From an uncultured Candidatus Rokubacteria bacterium (GTDB lineage: Bacteria > Methylomirabilota > Methylomirabilia > Rokubacteriales > CSP1-6), in NCBI GenBank assembly GCA_963771355.1, contig CAVYTA010000005.1, forward strand, positions 416,001-480,000: a DNA stretch of 64,000 nucleotides, in the 5' to 3' direction. Below, one piece after another: positions 17,482 to 28,260 of this stretch. The notes below the pieces were generated by a model that worked only from the letters and a program-made list of their open reading frames with translations, was not told the DNA's origin and searched no databases. Position 1 is the stretch's first letter. The number at the start of each line of letters is the position of its first letter. The position numbers and the translations under genes are program-made.

Positions 17482-18077
17482 TAGACGCCGGTGCCGAAGC
17501 CTCCCGCGCCGCGGACGGTGGTAGCCTCGCCGAAATGCCCCGCAGGGTGGAAGAGGGCGAGACCGCTCAGCACCGCCATCCGCGGCCGACCCGTGAAGGC
17601 CTGCACCACCGGCGGCGCAAAGGCGCCCTCGCCGGCGGCGCGCTCCACGGCCGACTGCTGGATCTGACCTTCCCAGTCCTGGGGCTGGAAGCCGCCGACC
17701 AGCTCGCGCGTGCGCTTGCCCACCGCGTCGCGATACTCGCGAAGCGCGTCGAGGTTGATGGATTGGCTGAGATCGCTGACCTCGGCGCTCTTCATGCCGA
17801 TCCCGAAGTCCTTCCGATTCACGCCGAGGCGCTTCATCCAGGCGTCGTCGAACACCTGGTCGCGTCCCGCGAGCACCGGGTTGAGGAAGATGTCCTCCGC
17901 CCGCGCGATATGCCACACGAGCCAGGCGATGGAGTTGAGATCCTCCCGGGGACGGACGCGCATCTGGGCGTCGGTGAGGCCGTTGAGCACCCGCTCGGCG
18001 GCCGAAAGCTTGTTGCCCCCGACGGCGACGGTGTGCACGGCACTGTGCTGGGCCAGGAACAGGTCCCGCATATCCAT
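17481..18077 (-). CDS. DinB family protein
   Basis: NSIAWLVWHIARAED and HPAGHFGE; GAGGAGG RBS; the stop codon is at the IS630 target CTAG. Confidence 0.85.
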   Translation of the reverse strand: MDMRDLFLAQHSAVHTVAVGGNKLSAAERVLNGLTDAQMRVRPREDLNSIAWLVWHIARAEDIFLNPVLAGRDQVFDDAWMKRLGVNRKDFGIGMKSAEVSDLSQSINLDALREYRDAVGKRTRELVGGFQPQDWEGQIQQSAVERAAGEGAFAPPVVQAFTGRPRMAVLSGLALFHPAGHFGEATTVRGAGGFGTGV

Positions 18078-18111
18078 GGTGATCCTCCTCGCGGGGTTAA
18101 CGTCCGAGCGC

Positions 18112-18140
18112 ACTATGCGGGCAGTCCCTCCGCGCGTCAA
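18112..18140 (-). promoter_or_regulatory. Sigma70-type promoter for the dinB genes
   Basis: TTGACG-17 nt-CATAGT on the minus strand. Confidence 0.55.
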
Positions 18141-18153
18141 GGGCGGGAGCCCC

Positions 18154-18281
18154 GCCGGGCGGTGAGAAGGGTCCAGATGCGAGGCGGCGCCCGACGGCCG
18201 CACGCGAAGGCGTACTTTCCGTACGCTGAGCGTGTGGCCGAGGGCGCCAACGACGCAGCTGGGTCCTAATCGCCGCCCGGC
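18154..18281. repeat. ~128-bp palindromic REP/MITE-like element
   Basis: Nested inverted repeats GCCGGGCGGTGA/TCGCCGCCCGGC, GGCGCCC/GGGCGCC, GGCCGCACGC/GCGTGTGGCC, GCGTAC/GTACGC forming one long hairpin. Confidence 0.75.
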
Positions 18282-19942
18282 TAGGCCTTGTCCAGCCAGA
18301 CCCGGTGCATGTCGGTGAGGCCGGCCGGGATCATCTGGAAGCCTTTCACGTACTTGTGGAAGACCTTCAGCTCGTTCATGTGGAGGAGGATGACCACCGG
18401 CGCGTCCTCGACGATGAGCCGCACCGCTTCCTCGTAGTACTTCTTGCGCTTCTTGAAGTCGTTCTCGGACCGCGCGCCCTCGACCATCTTGTCGAAGTCC
18501 GCGTTGACCCACTTGCCGGCGTTCCACGCCTCCGTGGAATGCAGCTCCGGGTAGAGCGTCTCGTCGGGGTCGAGGTCCGCGTCCCACTGTATCTGTACCA
18601 GGTCCCACTGCTTCTCCTGCAGCCACCGTCGCCGGAACGTGGGCGAGTCGGCCAGCTCGATGTTGACCTTGATGCCGATCTTGGCGAGCTGCGCCTGGAC
18701 CATCTCGGCCTGGCGCGGGTCAATGCCGGAATTGTTGGAGAGCAGCAGCACCTCCGCGCCGTTGGCGTACTTGGACTGCTTCACGAGCTGCTTGGCCTGC
18801 TCGAGGTCGAAGTACTGGCCGTTCTTCCCCGTCTCGAACGCGGGATCGTAGAAGCCGCCCATCGGAGGCGAGATCGGACCATGAGCAATGATGCCCTCGC
18901 CGAACTGGACCTTGGTCAGGAGCTCCTGGCGGTCCAGCGCGAACGTCACCGCCTTGCGGAGGTTCTTGTCCGAGAAGGGCTCCTTGGCCAGGTTCATGTG
19001 CATGCAGCGCCAGTTACCGCCCACCGCCGTGGACACGGTGAGCTTGGGATCCTTGCGGAGATCGGCCACGAACTGGGGCGCCACGTTGTTGATCCCGTCC
19101 ACCTCGCCGGTCTTGAGCGCGGCCACGAGAGTCGAGGGCTCGATGATGAACTTGAAGATCACCTTGTCGAGGTAGGGGAGCTTGCCGCCGGCGGCATCCG
19201 TCTCCCAGTAGTTCGGGAAGCGCTCGAGGGAAATGTAGTCCCCCTCCTTCCACTCCACGAACTTGAAGGGTCCGGTTCCCACCGGGCTGCGGCCGTAGGC
19301 CTTGCCTTTCTCCTTGACCGCGCGCGGCGAGAGGATGGTGGCGGCCCGGCCGGTGGAGCCGGTGAAGGCGACGCGGAGGAAGGGGTACGGCTTGGCGAAG
19401 GAGAGCTTGATGGTCTGCGGGTCGGGCGTCTCGATGGACTCGAGCAGGGCGAGCTTCCAGGCGTGGATCGGCGCCTGCTGCTTGTCTTTGACCCGCTCGA
19501 GGTTCCACTTGATGTCGGCGGACGTGCAGGGGTCGCCGTTGTGGAAGGTCACACCCTTGTTGAGGCGGAAGACGTGAACACGATCGCCCTGGACCTCCCA
19601 CTCGCGCGCAAGCTCCGGCTTGAAGTCCACGCTCTTGCCGTCGGTGGACGTGATCTTCAGGAGCCCGTTGTAGATGTTGTTGTGGATGGCGCACGCGGTG
19701 ATGAAGGTCGTGTTGTGGGCGTCGAGCGTGTCGATGTTCTGGAAGCTGCCGATCCGCATCGTGCCGCCCCGCTTGACCGCCTGCGCTTCCGCGGGCCCGG
19801 GCAACCCGGCCGAGAGCCCGGCGAGCCCCGCCGTGCCCACGCCCAGCGCCTGGAGCATCGCGCGGCGGGTGAGAGGGTCGTGGACCCAGGCGCCCTCGCG
19901 TAGCTCGCGGTTGACTTCCTCGAATCCATCGCGACTCTTCAT
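18281..19942 (-). CDS. Peptide/nickel ABC transporter substrate-binding protein (family 5, Tat signal)
   Basis: TRRAML Tat motif, [16 protein letters not shown]. Confidence 0.9.
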   Translation of the reverse strand: MKSRDGFEEVNRELREGAWVHDPLTRRAMLQALGVGTAGLAGLSAGLPGPAEAQAVKRGGTMRIGSFQNIDTLDAHNTTFITACAIHNNIYNGLLKITSTDGKSVDFKPELAREWEVQGDRVHVFRLNKGVTFHNGDPCTSADIKWNLERVKDKQQAPIHAWKLALLESIETPDPQTIKLSFAKPYPFLRVAFTGSTGRAATILSPRAVKEKGKAYGRSPVGTGPFKFVEWKEGDYISLERFPNYWETDAAGGKLPYLDKVIFKFIIEPSTLVAALKTGEVDGINNVAPQFVADLRKDPKLTVSTAVGGNWRCMHMNLAKEPFSDKNLRKAVTFALDRQELLTKVQFGEGIIAHGPISPPMGGFYDPAFETGKNGQYFDLEQAKQLVKQSKYANGAEVLLLSNNSGIDPRQAEMVQAQLAKIGIKVNIELADSPTFRRRWLQEKQWDLVQIQWDADLDPDETLYPELHSTEAWNAGKWVNADFDKMVEGARSENDFKKRKKYYEEAVRLIVEDAPVVILLHMNELKVFHKYVKGFQMIPAGLTDMHRVWLDKA

Positions 19943-20955
19943 GTCGTTCCTCCTTCGGGGTAGAGGTGGCACGCCACGGCGTGGCCCGGCGCCGGCTCGC
20001 GGAGGGCCGGCTCGACCTCGTCGCAGTGTGCCATCCGGTGGGGACAGCGGCTCGCGAAGCGGCAGCCTCGCGGCAGGTCGATCGGGTTGGGGAGCTCGCC
20101 CTCGAGCAGCCGGGCGGGGTTGTCGAAGATCGACGTCTGGCCGTCACCCACCGCGGGAATGGCGGCCAGGAGCGCCTGGGTGTAGGGATGCAGCGGCTGC
20201 TTGAAGAGGGCGTCGGCGGGCGCCACCTCCACGAGCTTGCCCAGATACATCACGGCGACCCGATGGCTCACGAAGCGGATCACGCCGAGGTCGTGCGAGA
20301 CGAAGAGGTAGGCCAGCCCCAGGCGCTCGCGGAGATCCACCAGGAGGTTGAGGATCTGGGCGCGCACGGAGACGTCCAGCGCCGAGACCGCCTCGTCGGC
20401 GACCACTAGCCGCGGGCCGGCGGCGAGCGCGCGCGCGATGCCGACCCGCTGGCGCTGGCCGCCGGACAGCTCGTGCGGATAGCGCCGCGCGTACTCGGGC
20501 GAGAGCCCCACCATGTCGAGGAGAGCGCGGACGCGCACCTCGACCTCGTTTCCCTCGGCGATGCGGTGCACGCGGATGGGCTCGCCCACCATGGCGCCCA
20601 CCGTCATCCGCGGGTTGAGCGAGGAGTAAGGGTCCTGGAAGACGATCTGGGTCTTGCGGCGGAAGGGCAGGAGCCGGCTCGCGGGCAGGGCGGTGATGTC
20701 CTCGCCCTCGAAGACGATACGTCCGCGCGTGGGCTCGATGGCACGCAGCACGAGGCGGCCGGTGGTGGTCTTGCCGCAGCCCGACTCGCCGACCAGACCG
20801 AGGGTCTCGCCTGCCGCGACGTCGAAACTCACGCCGTCCACCGCATGGACGACGCGCGGGGGGACGCCGCGCCGCAGGACGGCGAGCGGGTTGGTGCGCA
20901 CGGGGAAATACTTGACGAGATCCTGGACCTCGAGGAGGGGGCGCGCTGCGCTCAC
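19939..20955 (-). CDS. Oligopeptide ABC ATP-binding protein (OppF/DppF-like)
   Basis: [28 protein letters not shown]. Confidence 0.9.
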   Translation of the reverse strand: MSAARPLLEVQDLVKYFPVRTNPLAVLRRGVPPRVVHAVDGVSFDVAAGETLGLVGESGCGKTTTGRLVLRAIEPTRGRIVFEGEDITALPASRLLPFRRKTQIVFQDPYSSLNPRMTVGAMVGEPIRVHRIAEGNEVEVRVRALLDMVGLSPEYARRYPHELSGGQRQRVGIARALAAGPRLVVADEAVSALDVSVRAQILNLLVDLRERLGLAYLFVSHDLGVIRFVSHRVAVMYLGKLVEVAPADALFKQPLHPYTQALLAAIPAVGDGQTSIFDNPARLLEGELPNPIDLPRGCRFASRCPHRMAHCDEVEPALREPAPGHAVACHLYPEGGTT

Positions 20956-21932
20956 GAGGCCCTCGCGACGTGGCAGGCCACGTCATGCTCGGCGCGAAGC
21001 GGGCCCAGGATCGGGGTCTCGATGGCGCAGCGCGGCTCGGCCACGGGACACCGCGGGTGGAAGCGGCAGCCCGGCGGCAGCGCCCGGAGCCCCGGCATGG
21101 TGCCGCCGATGGCGCCCAGCCGCCCATTGCCGTCCAAGCGCGGCAGGCACTCGATGAGCCCGCGGGTGTACGGGTGAGCGGGGGCCCGGAAGATTGCCGC
21201 CACGGAGGCCTGCTCGACCACGCGACCCGCGTACATCACCAGCACGCGATGACACATCTGGGAAATGATGCCGAGGTCGTGCGAGACCAGGAGCACGGCG
21301 ACTCCCAGCTCGCGGGCGAGCTGGCGGATGAGCGCGAGGACCTGGGCCTGGATGGTCACGTCGAGCGCGGTGGTGGGCTCGTCCGCGATGAGCAGGCTCG
21401 GCACGCAGGAGATGCCCATGCCGATCATCACCCGCTGCGCCATCCCCCCGCTGAACTGGTGGGGATAGTCGCGCGTCCGCGTCCGCGGCGAGGAGATCCC
21501 CACGCGGCCGAGGATCTCGACCACGCGCTCTCGCAGGACCGGCCGCGGCTCCGGCAGGTGCAGCGCCATCGCCTCGAGCATCTGGACGCCCACGCGGAAC
21601 ACCGGGTTCAGCGAGGCGCCCGGGTTCTGGAAGATCATGGCGATGTCCTTGCCGCGGATGTCGGCCAGCCTGTGCTCGTCGAGAGCGAGGAGGTTCTGTC
21701 CGTGGAACCACACCTCGCCGGTGACGCGGCCGGGAGGACAGCGGATCAAGCGCAGGATGGCCTCGGAGGTCAGCGACTTGCCCGCCCCCGACTCGCCGAC
21801 CAGCCCGACGATCTCCCCGCGCCCGATCTGGAAGCTCACGTCGTCCACGGCGCGCAGGGGCCCGTCCTCCGAGCTGAACTCGACGGTCAGCCCCCGCACG
21901 TCCAAAACCGGCTCGGCGCCTGTGGGGGTCAC
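20952..21932 (-). CDS. Oligopeptide ABC ATP-binding protein (OppD/DppD-like)
   Basis: [27 protein letters not shown] start at 21932. Confidence 0.9.
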   Translation of the reverse strand: MTPTGAEPVLDVRGLTVEFSSEDGPLRAVDDVSFQIGRGEIVGLVGESGAGKSLTSEAILRLIRCPPGRVTGEVWFHGQNLLALDEHRLADIRGKDIAMIFQNPGASLNPVFRVGVQMLEAMALHLPEPRPVLRERVVEILGRVGISSPRTRTRDYPHQFSGGMAQRVMIGMGISCVPSLLIADEPTTALDVTIQAQVLALIRQLARELGVAVLLVSHDLGIISQMCHRVLVMYAGRVVEQASVAAIFRAPAHPYTRGLIECLPRLDGNGRLGAIGGTMPGLRALPPGCRFHPRCPVAEPRCAIETPILGPLRAEHDVACHVARAS

Positions 21933-21933
21933 G

Positions 21934-22869
21934 CTAGCGCCGCATGCGCGGGTCGAGGGTATCCCGCAGCCCGTCGCCCAGCAGATTGAGCGCCACGATG
22001 GCCAGCATGAGGGCGATGCCCGGGATGGTTGCCACATGCGGCGCCATCACGATGAAGGTCTGGCCCTCCGCGATCATGCGGCCCCAGGCCGGGGTAGGTG
22101 GGGGCGGGCCCAGGCCCAGGAAGGACAGCCCCGACTCGGTGATGATGGCGCCCGAGACGCGCAGCGCCCCCTGAACGATGATGGGCGCCAGCACATTGGG
22201 CAGAACATGCCGGAAGATGATGGTGAGGCTCCGCACCCCGGTGAGGCGGGCCGCCTCGATGTACGGCTCCTCCTTGACGGCGAGCACGTCGCCGCGCGTC
22301 ACCCGCGCGAAGGGCGCGATGAAGCCCACCGCCACTGCGATGATCACGTTCCTCACGCCGAAGCCCATCACCGCCATCATGGCGATGGCCAGGATGATGA
22401 TGGGGAAGGCGAAGAGCCCGTCCATCACCCGCATGATCACCACGTCCACGAGCCCGCCGTAGTAGCCCGAGATGAGCCCGAGCGTCACCCCGATGACCAT
22501 GGCGAGGAACACCGAGACGATGCCCACGATGAGCGCCACCCTGGCGCCGTAGATGATGCGGCTCATGATGTCGCGGCCGAAGCTGTCCGTGCCCGCCCAG
22601 TGGGCCATACTCGGGGGGTCCAGCGGCTTGCCCACGCCCTGCGCGAGCGGGTCGTACGGCGCGAGCACGGGGGCGAACACGGCCATCGCGATGATGGCCA
22701 GGAAGACCGCGAGCCCGAACACCGCGCCGGGGTTGCGGGCGAAGCGCCGCCACATGCGCCCGAGGACCACGCGCGTGCCGAGCGCCGCCTCCGGAGGGGC
22801 GCCGGGCGCGGGGACAATCAGGCCTTCGGGATCGAGGGGGAGACCGTCGGCGCCTAGAGGGCGAGCCAC
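21934..22869 (-). CDS. Peptide ABC permease (OppC/DppC-like)
   Basis: GTDSFGRDI, EAA loop YIEAARLTG, LSFLGLG. Confidence 0.9.
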   Translation of the reverse strand: MARPLGADGLPLDPEGLIVPAPGAPPEAALGTRVVLGRMWRRFARNPGAVFGLAVFLAIIAMAVFAPVLAPYDPLAQGVGKPLDPPSMAHWAGTDSFGRDIMSRIIYGARVALIVGIVSVFLAMVIGVTLGLISGYYGGLVDVVIMRVMDGLFAFPIIILAIAMMAVMGFGVRNVIIAVAVGFIAPFARVTRGDVLAVKEEPYIEAARLTGVRSLTIIFRHVLPNVLAPIIVQGALRVSGAIITESGLSFLGLGPPPPTPAWGRMIAEGQTFIVMAPHVATIPGIALMLAIVALNLLGDGLRDTLDPRMRR

Positions 22870-22873
22870 GCCG

Positions 22874-23818
22874 CTATGCCACCCGGATCCTCGGGTTGAG
22901 GAAGGCGTAGGTGAGATCCACCAGCAGGTTCACCACCACCACCGCGACGACGCCCACCAGGATGGCGCCCTGCACCACCGCGTAGTCCCGATTCAAGATG
23001 GCGGCGACGGACAGCCGTCCCATCCCCGGGATGGCGAACACCGTCTCCGTCAGCACGGCGCCGCCGAGCAGCGTCCCGAACTGGAGCCCGATCACCGTCA
23101 CCACCGGGATGAGGGCGTTGGCCATGGCGTGCTTGTACACGAGGGCAGCCTGGCGCACGCCGCGGGCCCGCGCGGCCTTGACGTAGTCCTGGTCGAGGAC
23201 CTCGAGCAGGCTCGAGCGGATGATGCGCGCCACCAGGCCGGAGAAAAAAGTCCCCAGGGTGAGCGCGGGAAGGACCAGGCGCCAGAGGCCCTGCTTGGGA
23301 TCCTCCCACGGGGCCACGTACCCCATGGCGGGGAACCACCCGAGGTAGACGCTGAAGATCCAGATGAGGATGATGCCCTTCCAGAAGGCCGGCATGGAGT
23401 AGACGAAGATGGCGAACCCCATGGAGCCGTAGTCCCACGCGGAGTCCTTCCGCATGGCGGCGATGATGCCCGAGGGCACCGCGATCAGGATACCCACGAT
23501 CACGCTGGCCACCACGAGGGTCAGGGTCGGGACGAAGGCCTCCAGCACGAGGCGGCTCACCCGCTCGTGGTTCAGGTAGGAATCACCGAGGTCACCCACC
23601 AGCACGCGGCCGACCCAGATGACGTACTGGGTAACGATGGACCGGTCGAACCCGAGCCGCGAGCGCAGCCGCTCGTAGGCGTCCTGGGTGAAGTCGTCCC
23701 CCAGCATCATGAGGACGGGGTCGCCCGGGATCATCCGCATGAGGGCAAAGATGATCACCGACACCGTGAAGAGCACGGCGAGCGTCTGCCCAAGACGAGA
23801 GAGGACGAATCGGACCAT
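22874..23818 (-). CDS. Peptide ABC permease (OppB/DppB-like)
   Basis: PGDP, DYVKAARARG, ETVFAIPGMG, LNPRIR. Confidence 0.9.
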   Translation of the reverse strand: MVRFVLSRLGQTLAVLFTVSVIIFALMRMIPGDPVLMMLGDDFTQDAYERLRSRLGFDRSIVTQYVIWVGRVLVGDLGDSYLNHERVSRLVLEAFVPTLTLVVASVIVGILIAVPSGIIAAMRKDSAWDYGSMGFAIFVYSMPAFWKGIILIWIFSVYLGWFPAMGYVAPWEDPKQGLWRLVLPALTLGTFFSGLVARIIRSSLLEVLDQDYVKAARARGVRQAALVYKHAMANALIPVVTVIGLQFGTLLGGAVLTETVFAIPGMGRLSVAAILNRDYAVVQGAILVGVVAVVVVNLLVDLTYAFLNPRIRVA

Positions 23819-23951
23819 ATGCCTCCACCGGCCGATCCCATCGAACCCGAGCGGCGGGAACCGGGGTCGCCTGCGACGCCGGCCCTTGAGTGGACGCGAG
23901 TATACCCGGGGGCAGGCTCCGAGGGAAGGTAGCGTTCTGCGGTCGTGTCGG

Positions 23952-25172
23952 TCAGGCGCTCGCCGGCCGCTCCGGCAGGCGGGCGAGCCGCGGTACCGGC
24001 GACCAGGTGATCACCAGCGCCTGCACCACGAAGCCCAGCGCGGCGAGGAGGATGGCGGCCTCGGGCCCGGACGCGGCGCCCACCGTGCCGCCGATGACCG
24101 CGCCGATTGGCCGCGCGCCGGCGGAGGCGGTCATGAAGAGCGCCGAGACCCGGCCGAGCAGCGCGTCCGGCGTCACCGTCTGGCGCAGCGTCGTCTGGCT
24201 GATGGTCCAGAGGATGGGCCCGGCGCCGAAGAGGAAGAAGGACGCGCCCAGTAGGAGCGGCGAGGGCACCCAGAGCGTGGTCACCATCACCGCCGCGGCC
24301 GCCACCGACACCAGGGGCCCCATCGCGATGGTGATGCCGATGGAGAAGGCCTGCATGAGTCGGGCGGCCAGCAGCGCGCCCACCAGCATCCCGATGCCGT
24401 AGGCGGCCAGCGTGGTGCCGATCGTGGAGGCAGTCATGCCGAGCACGTGCACGGCATACGGCACGTAGGCCGCCTGAAGGACGAACCATGAAAGGTTCCA
24501 GAAGACCGCCGTGAGGAGAATGGGCCGCAGGAACCGATGTGTCCAGGCAAAGCCCGCGCCCTCCTGGAGCTCGCGCGCGAAGTGTCGCGACGGCCGCGCG
24601 GCCCGTGCCGGCTCGGGCACGCCGACGAGCAGCACCACCGCCACGCCCGAGAGCACCGCGGCCAGCGTGAATGCCGGCGAGGCGCCCGCCCAGCCCACCA
24701 GCGCGCCCGCCAGGGCGGGCCCCGCCGCATACGCGACGCTGCGCGCCAGCTCGAGCCGGCCATTGGCGGCGGCCAGCGAGGCGCGCGGCACCAGGGCGGG
24801 CACGAGCGCGGGCGCCGCCACGCTGTAGACCACGGTGCCTGTCGCGGCGACGAAGCCGACGAGGGCCAGCAGCGGCACCGAGAGCCAGCCGAACGCCGCC
24901 AGCACCGGCAGGGCCAGGAGGGCCCCCGCGCGCGCGAGCTCGGCCGACACCATGAGGCCGCGGCGGGGGAGGCGATCCACGAGCACGCCGGCGGGAAAGG
25001 AGAGGAGCAGGAACGGCAGCGTCTGCGCCGCGGTCAGGAAGCCTGTCTCCCCCACGCCGGCGCCCAGCGCCAGCACCGCGACCATGGGCGCTGCGGCGAG
25101 GCTGAGCTGCTCGGCGGACTGGGCGACGAGATTGGACCAGGCCAGGCGCTGGAACGGCGCGGCGAGCGACAT
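23952..25172 (-). CDS. MFS transporter
   Basis: Motif A GVLVDRLPRR, about 12 hydrophobic segments, QTVTPDALLGRV; start MSLAAPF. Confidence 0.85.
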   Translation of the reverse strand: MSLAAPFQRLAWSNLVAQSAEQLSLAAAPMVAVLALGAGVGETGFLTAAQTLPFLLLSFPAGVLVDRLPRRGLMVSAELARAGALLALPVLAAFGWLSVPLLALVGFVAATGTVVYSVAAPALVPALVPRASLAAANGRLELARSVAYAAGPALAGALVGWAGASPAFTLAAVLSGVAVVLLVGVPEPARAARPSRHFARELQEGAGFAWTHRFLRPILLTAVFWNLSWFVLQAAYVPYAVHVLGMTASTIGTTLAAYGIGMLVGALLAARLMQAFSIGITIAMGPLVSVAAAAVMVTTLWVPSPLLLGASFFLFGAGPILWTISQTTLRQTVTPDALLGRVSALFMTASAGARPIGAVIGGTVGAASGPEAAILLAALGFVVQALVITWSPVPRLARLPERPASA

Positions 25173-25353
25173 CGGCGGCGAGCCTCCTCGGTGCGATCTG
25201 GGTGCGTCTGCCTGGGTATACGGGCGAGGAGGGGAGAAGGGGTGGAAGCGGAGGGTTTCCGCTCGCGTCAGGCACGGCGGAGCATCGCCCGCCGGTTGCT
25301 CGCGGCTACGCCTTGGTGCTACGCTCCGGCGCAAGCATGGGGCTCCGGCGCCG

Positions 25354-26958
25354 ATGACGCGTGTCCCGCTGACGGTCAAGATCGGCCTCGTCATCCTGGC
25401 CGTGCTCATCATCGGCTTCGGCGCCTCCACCGTGCTGACCATCCAGCAGGAATCGGCCCTCCTCGTCGACCAGAGCAAGCGGGCGGCGCGGCGCCTCACC
25501 GAAGCCCTCATCGCCAGCGTCGAGTCGGCCATGCTCCAGGAGCGGCCCGACGTCACCCGCATGCTGATCAGCGACCTCAAGAGCTCCAGCGCGGTGCCGG
25601 GGCTCGACATCTACCGGCGCAATGGCGTGGAGGCCTTCACCGACCTCGTCACGCTCCAGGAGGTGGAGAAGAACGCCGGGCTCGAGAAGGGCGTGTTCGA
25701 CTCCATCTCCAAGATGGCGCGCCCCGCCGGCCCCGCCATGACGGGATCCCTCTTCAAGGCGGCGGTGGAGACGCTCCAGACCCAGGAATCGCTGGAGCAG
25801 CGGGACGGCACCACCTTCTTCACCGTGCACCGGCCGGTGCTGAACCAGGAGAAGTGCCAGGGCTGCCACGGCGCCGACCACAAGGTGCGCGCGGTGGTGC
25901 GGGTTGCCACCAGCATGGAGCCCGTGTTCGCGGAGGTGCGCAAGCAGCGCAACCGCCAGATGCTGGTCGGCCTCCTCACCATCGTGGCCGCGGGCGGCGT
26001 GCTCTGGGTGGCCATGCGCCAGGTGGTGGTGAAGCCCATCCGCCAGGTGGCGGGGGTGGCTCGCCGCATCGGCGGGGGCGATTTCGCGGCACGCGTCAGC
26101 ACCAAGGGCTCGCGCGACGAGATCGGCGACCTGGGGGAGGCCATCAACGAGATGAGCGCGGGCCTGGGGCGCGCGCGGGACGAGCTGTCCACGCGCAACG
26201 CGGAGCTGGCCAGCACGCTCGAGAGCCTGCAGGCCTCGCGCCGCCAGGTGGAGCTGCTCCAGCAGCTCAAGGGGGAGCTCTCCAAGTTCGTTCCCGACGC
26301 GGTGAAGGCCTTGCTCGAGCGGAATCCCAACGCCACCGAGCTCGAGAAGCGCACGGAGGAGGTGTCCGTCCTCTTCCTGGACATCGCGGGGTACACCAAG
26401 CTCAGCGAGCAGATCCCGCCGGATCAGCTCAACAACCTGGTCCAGACCTACTTCTCCTCGTTCCTCGAGATCATCCGCGCGCACCACGGGGACGTGAACG
26501 AGACGGCGGGCGACGGCCTCATGGTGATCTTCCAGGGCGCGGGGGCCGGCGACAAGCGCGAGGCGGGCCGGCAGGACCACGCCCTCAACGCCACGCGGGC
26601 CGCCTTCGCCATCCGCCAGAAGACGATCGATCTCAACGAGGAGCACCGCGGGACGCTGCCCGCCATCGCGCTGCACATGGGCATCAACACCGGCGAGGCG
26701 CTGGTGGGCGCCACCAAGCTGGGCGGGGCCGGCGCCCAGCGCTGGACCTTCACCGCCACCGGCCCGGTGACCAATCAGGCCGCGCGCTTCGCGGGCTTCG
26801 CCCAGGGGGGCGAGGTCATCGTGGGCCCGCTCACCGCCGACCGCATCCGCGTCTCCGTGGTACTGGAGGCGCTCGGGCCCAAGAGCTTCAAGAACGTGTC
26901 CGAGCCGATTCCGGTCTTCCGCCTCATCCCGCCGGGCGTGTACGAGAAGATCGTGTAG
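25354..26958 (+). CDS. Membrane class III nucleotide cyclase with extracytoplasmic heme-c (CxxCH) sensor and HAMP domain
   Basis: TM - sensor with CQGCH - TM - HAMP (RDEIGDLGEAINEM) - FLDIAGYT, NETAGDG, TNQAAR. Confidence 0.85.
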   Translation: MTRVPLTVKIGLVILAVLIIGFGASTVLTIQQESALLVDQSKRAARRLTEALIASVESAMLQERPDVTRMLISDLKSSSAVPGLDIYRRNGVEAFTDLVTLQEVEKNAGLEKGVFDSISKMARPAGPAMTGSLFKAAVETLQTQESLEQRDGTTFFTVHRPVLNQEKCQGCHGADHKVRAVVRVATSMEPVFAEVRKQRNRQMLVGLLTIVAAGGVLWVAMRQVVVKPIRQVAGVARRIGGGDFAARVSTKGSRDEIGDLGEAINEMSAGLGRARDELSTRNAELASTLESLQASRRQVELLQQLKGELSKFVPDAVKALLERNPNATELEKRTEEVSVLFLDIAGYTKLSEQIPPDQLNNLVQTYFSSFLEIIRAHHGDVNETAGDGLMVIFQGAGAGDKREAGRQDHALNATRAAFAIRQKTIDLNEEHRGTLPAIALHMGINTGEALVGATKLGGAGAQRWTFTATGPVTNQAARFAGFAQGGEVIVGPLTADRIRVSVVLEALGPKSFKNVSEPIPVFRLIPPGVYEKIV

Positions 26959-26962
26959 GGAC

Positions 26963-28147
26963 CTAGGCGGCGACCTCGCGACCGAGATACTCGATGGCCC
27001 GCTGCGCGCCGCCGGCTCCGTGGGGAATGCGGAGCGCGATCAGCCCCATCTCCACCGCACCGAGCGCGCCGAGCACCATGGGCGCGTTGGTATGGCCCAT
27101 GTGGGCGATGCGGAAGGCCTTGCCCGAGAACGGGCCGATGCCGACGCCGAGGACGACACCGCACTGGTTACGGCAGTAGTCGAGCAGGGGCTGCGGATCG
27201 CGGTCCGGCATGAGCACACAGGTGATGGAATTGGCGCGCTCCGCGGGATGGGTGGCGTTCAAGGCGAGCGCGCCGCCCTCCGCCCATCGGCCCGCCGCCT
27301 GGCGCGTGGCTTCGGCCAGCAGGGCGTGACGCCGGGCGGCGTGCTCGAGGCCCTCCGCGAGCAGCAGGTCGAGCGCCTTGCGAAGCCCGAAGAGGAGATG
27401 CTGCGGCGGCGTCCCGCCGTACTTCTGGTAGTGCGCCTGGCCCTGCCGGAACGTCCAGTCCCAGTAGCGGGTGCGGAGGTCGGCCTTCTGGTGCGCGGCA
27501 TGCGCCCGCTCATTGGCCGCGACAAAGGCCAGGCCCGGCGGGGTCATGAGGCCCTTCTGGGAGCCGGACATGGTGACGTCGATGCGCCACGCGTCCATCT
27601 CGAACGGCATGCAGCCGAGCGAGGCCACCGCATCCACCATCAGGAGCGCGGGGTGCCGGGCCGCGTCCATGGCGGCGCGGATGGCGGGCAAGTCATTGGC
27701 GACGCCCGAGGCGGTGTCGATCTGCACCACCAGGACGGCCTTGATCTCGTGGCTGGCGTCGGCCTCGAGGCGCTGGCGCACGGCGTCCGGGTTCACCGCG
27801 CGCCGCGCGTCGCCCTTCAGGGATTCGACCTTCACGCCCATCATCTGCGCCATCTCGCCCCAGCCCGCCGCGAAGATGCCGCTTTCCAGCACGAGCACGG
27901 TCTCGCCGCGCGACAGCACATTGCTCAGCGCTGCTTCCCAGCCGCCGTGGCCATTGGCCGCGTAGATGTAGACGCGGCCCGCCGTGCGGAACACCTTCGG
28001 CAGATCGTCGTGGAGCGAGTGCGTGAGCCCGAGCATGTCGCCCGAGTAGATGTCGATGGCCGGCCGGTGCATGGCGGCCAGCACGGCATCCGGGATGGTG
28101 GTGGGTCCGGGAATGTGGAGGAACTCGCGGCCATTGGCGACGCTCAT
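26963..28147 (-). CDS. Class V aminotransferase (serine-glyoxylate/alanine-glyoxylate type)
   Basis: HIPGPT, VDAVASLG, SGSQKGLM PLP lysine, FRIAHMG. Confidence 0.9.
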   Translation of the reverse strand: MSVANGREFLHIPGPTTIPDAVLAAMHRPAIDIYSGDMLGLTHSLHDDLPKVFRTAGRVYIYAANGHGGWEAALSNVLSRGETVLVLESGIFAAGWGEMAQMMGVKVESLKGDARRAVNPDAVRQRLEADASHEIKAVLVVQIDTASGVANDLPAIRAAMDAARHPALLMVDAVASLGCMPFEMDAWRIDVTMSGSQKGLMTPPGLAFVAANERAHAAHQKADLRTRYWDWTFRQGQAHYQKYGGTPPQHLLFGLRKALDLLLAEGLEHAARRHALLAEATRQAAGRWAEGGALALNATHPAERANSITCVLMPDRDPQPLLDYCRNQCGVVLGVGIGPFSGKAFRIAHMGHTNAPMVLGALGAVEMGLIALRIPHGAGGAQRAIEYLGREVAA

Positions 28148-28260
28148 GAGCGCTCGTCTCCTGGTAGGGGGGTGGACATGGTGCCGCTATCATCCTGCCA
28201 GGGGGGCGGGACGAGGTCAATTTCGGGCAACGGGCGCCTCAACCGCGGGAATCAGGAGAC

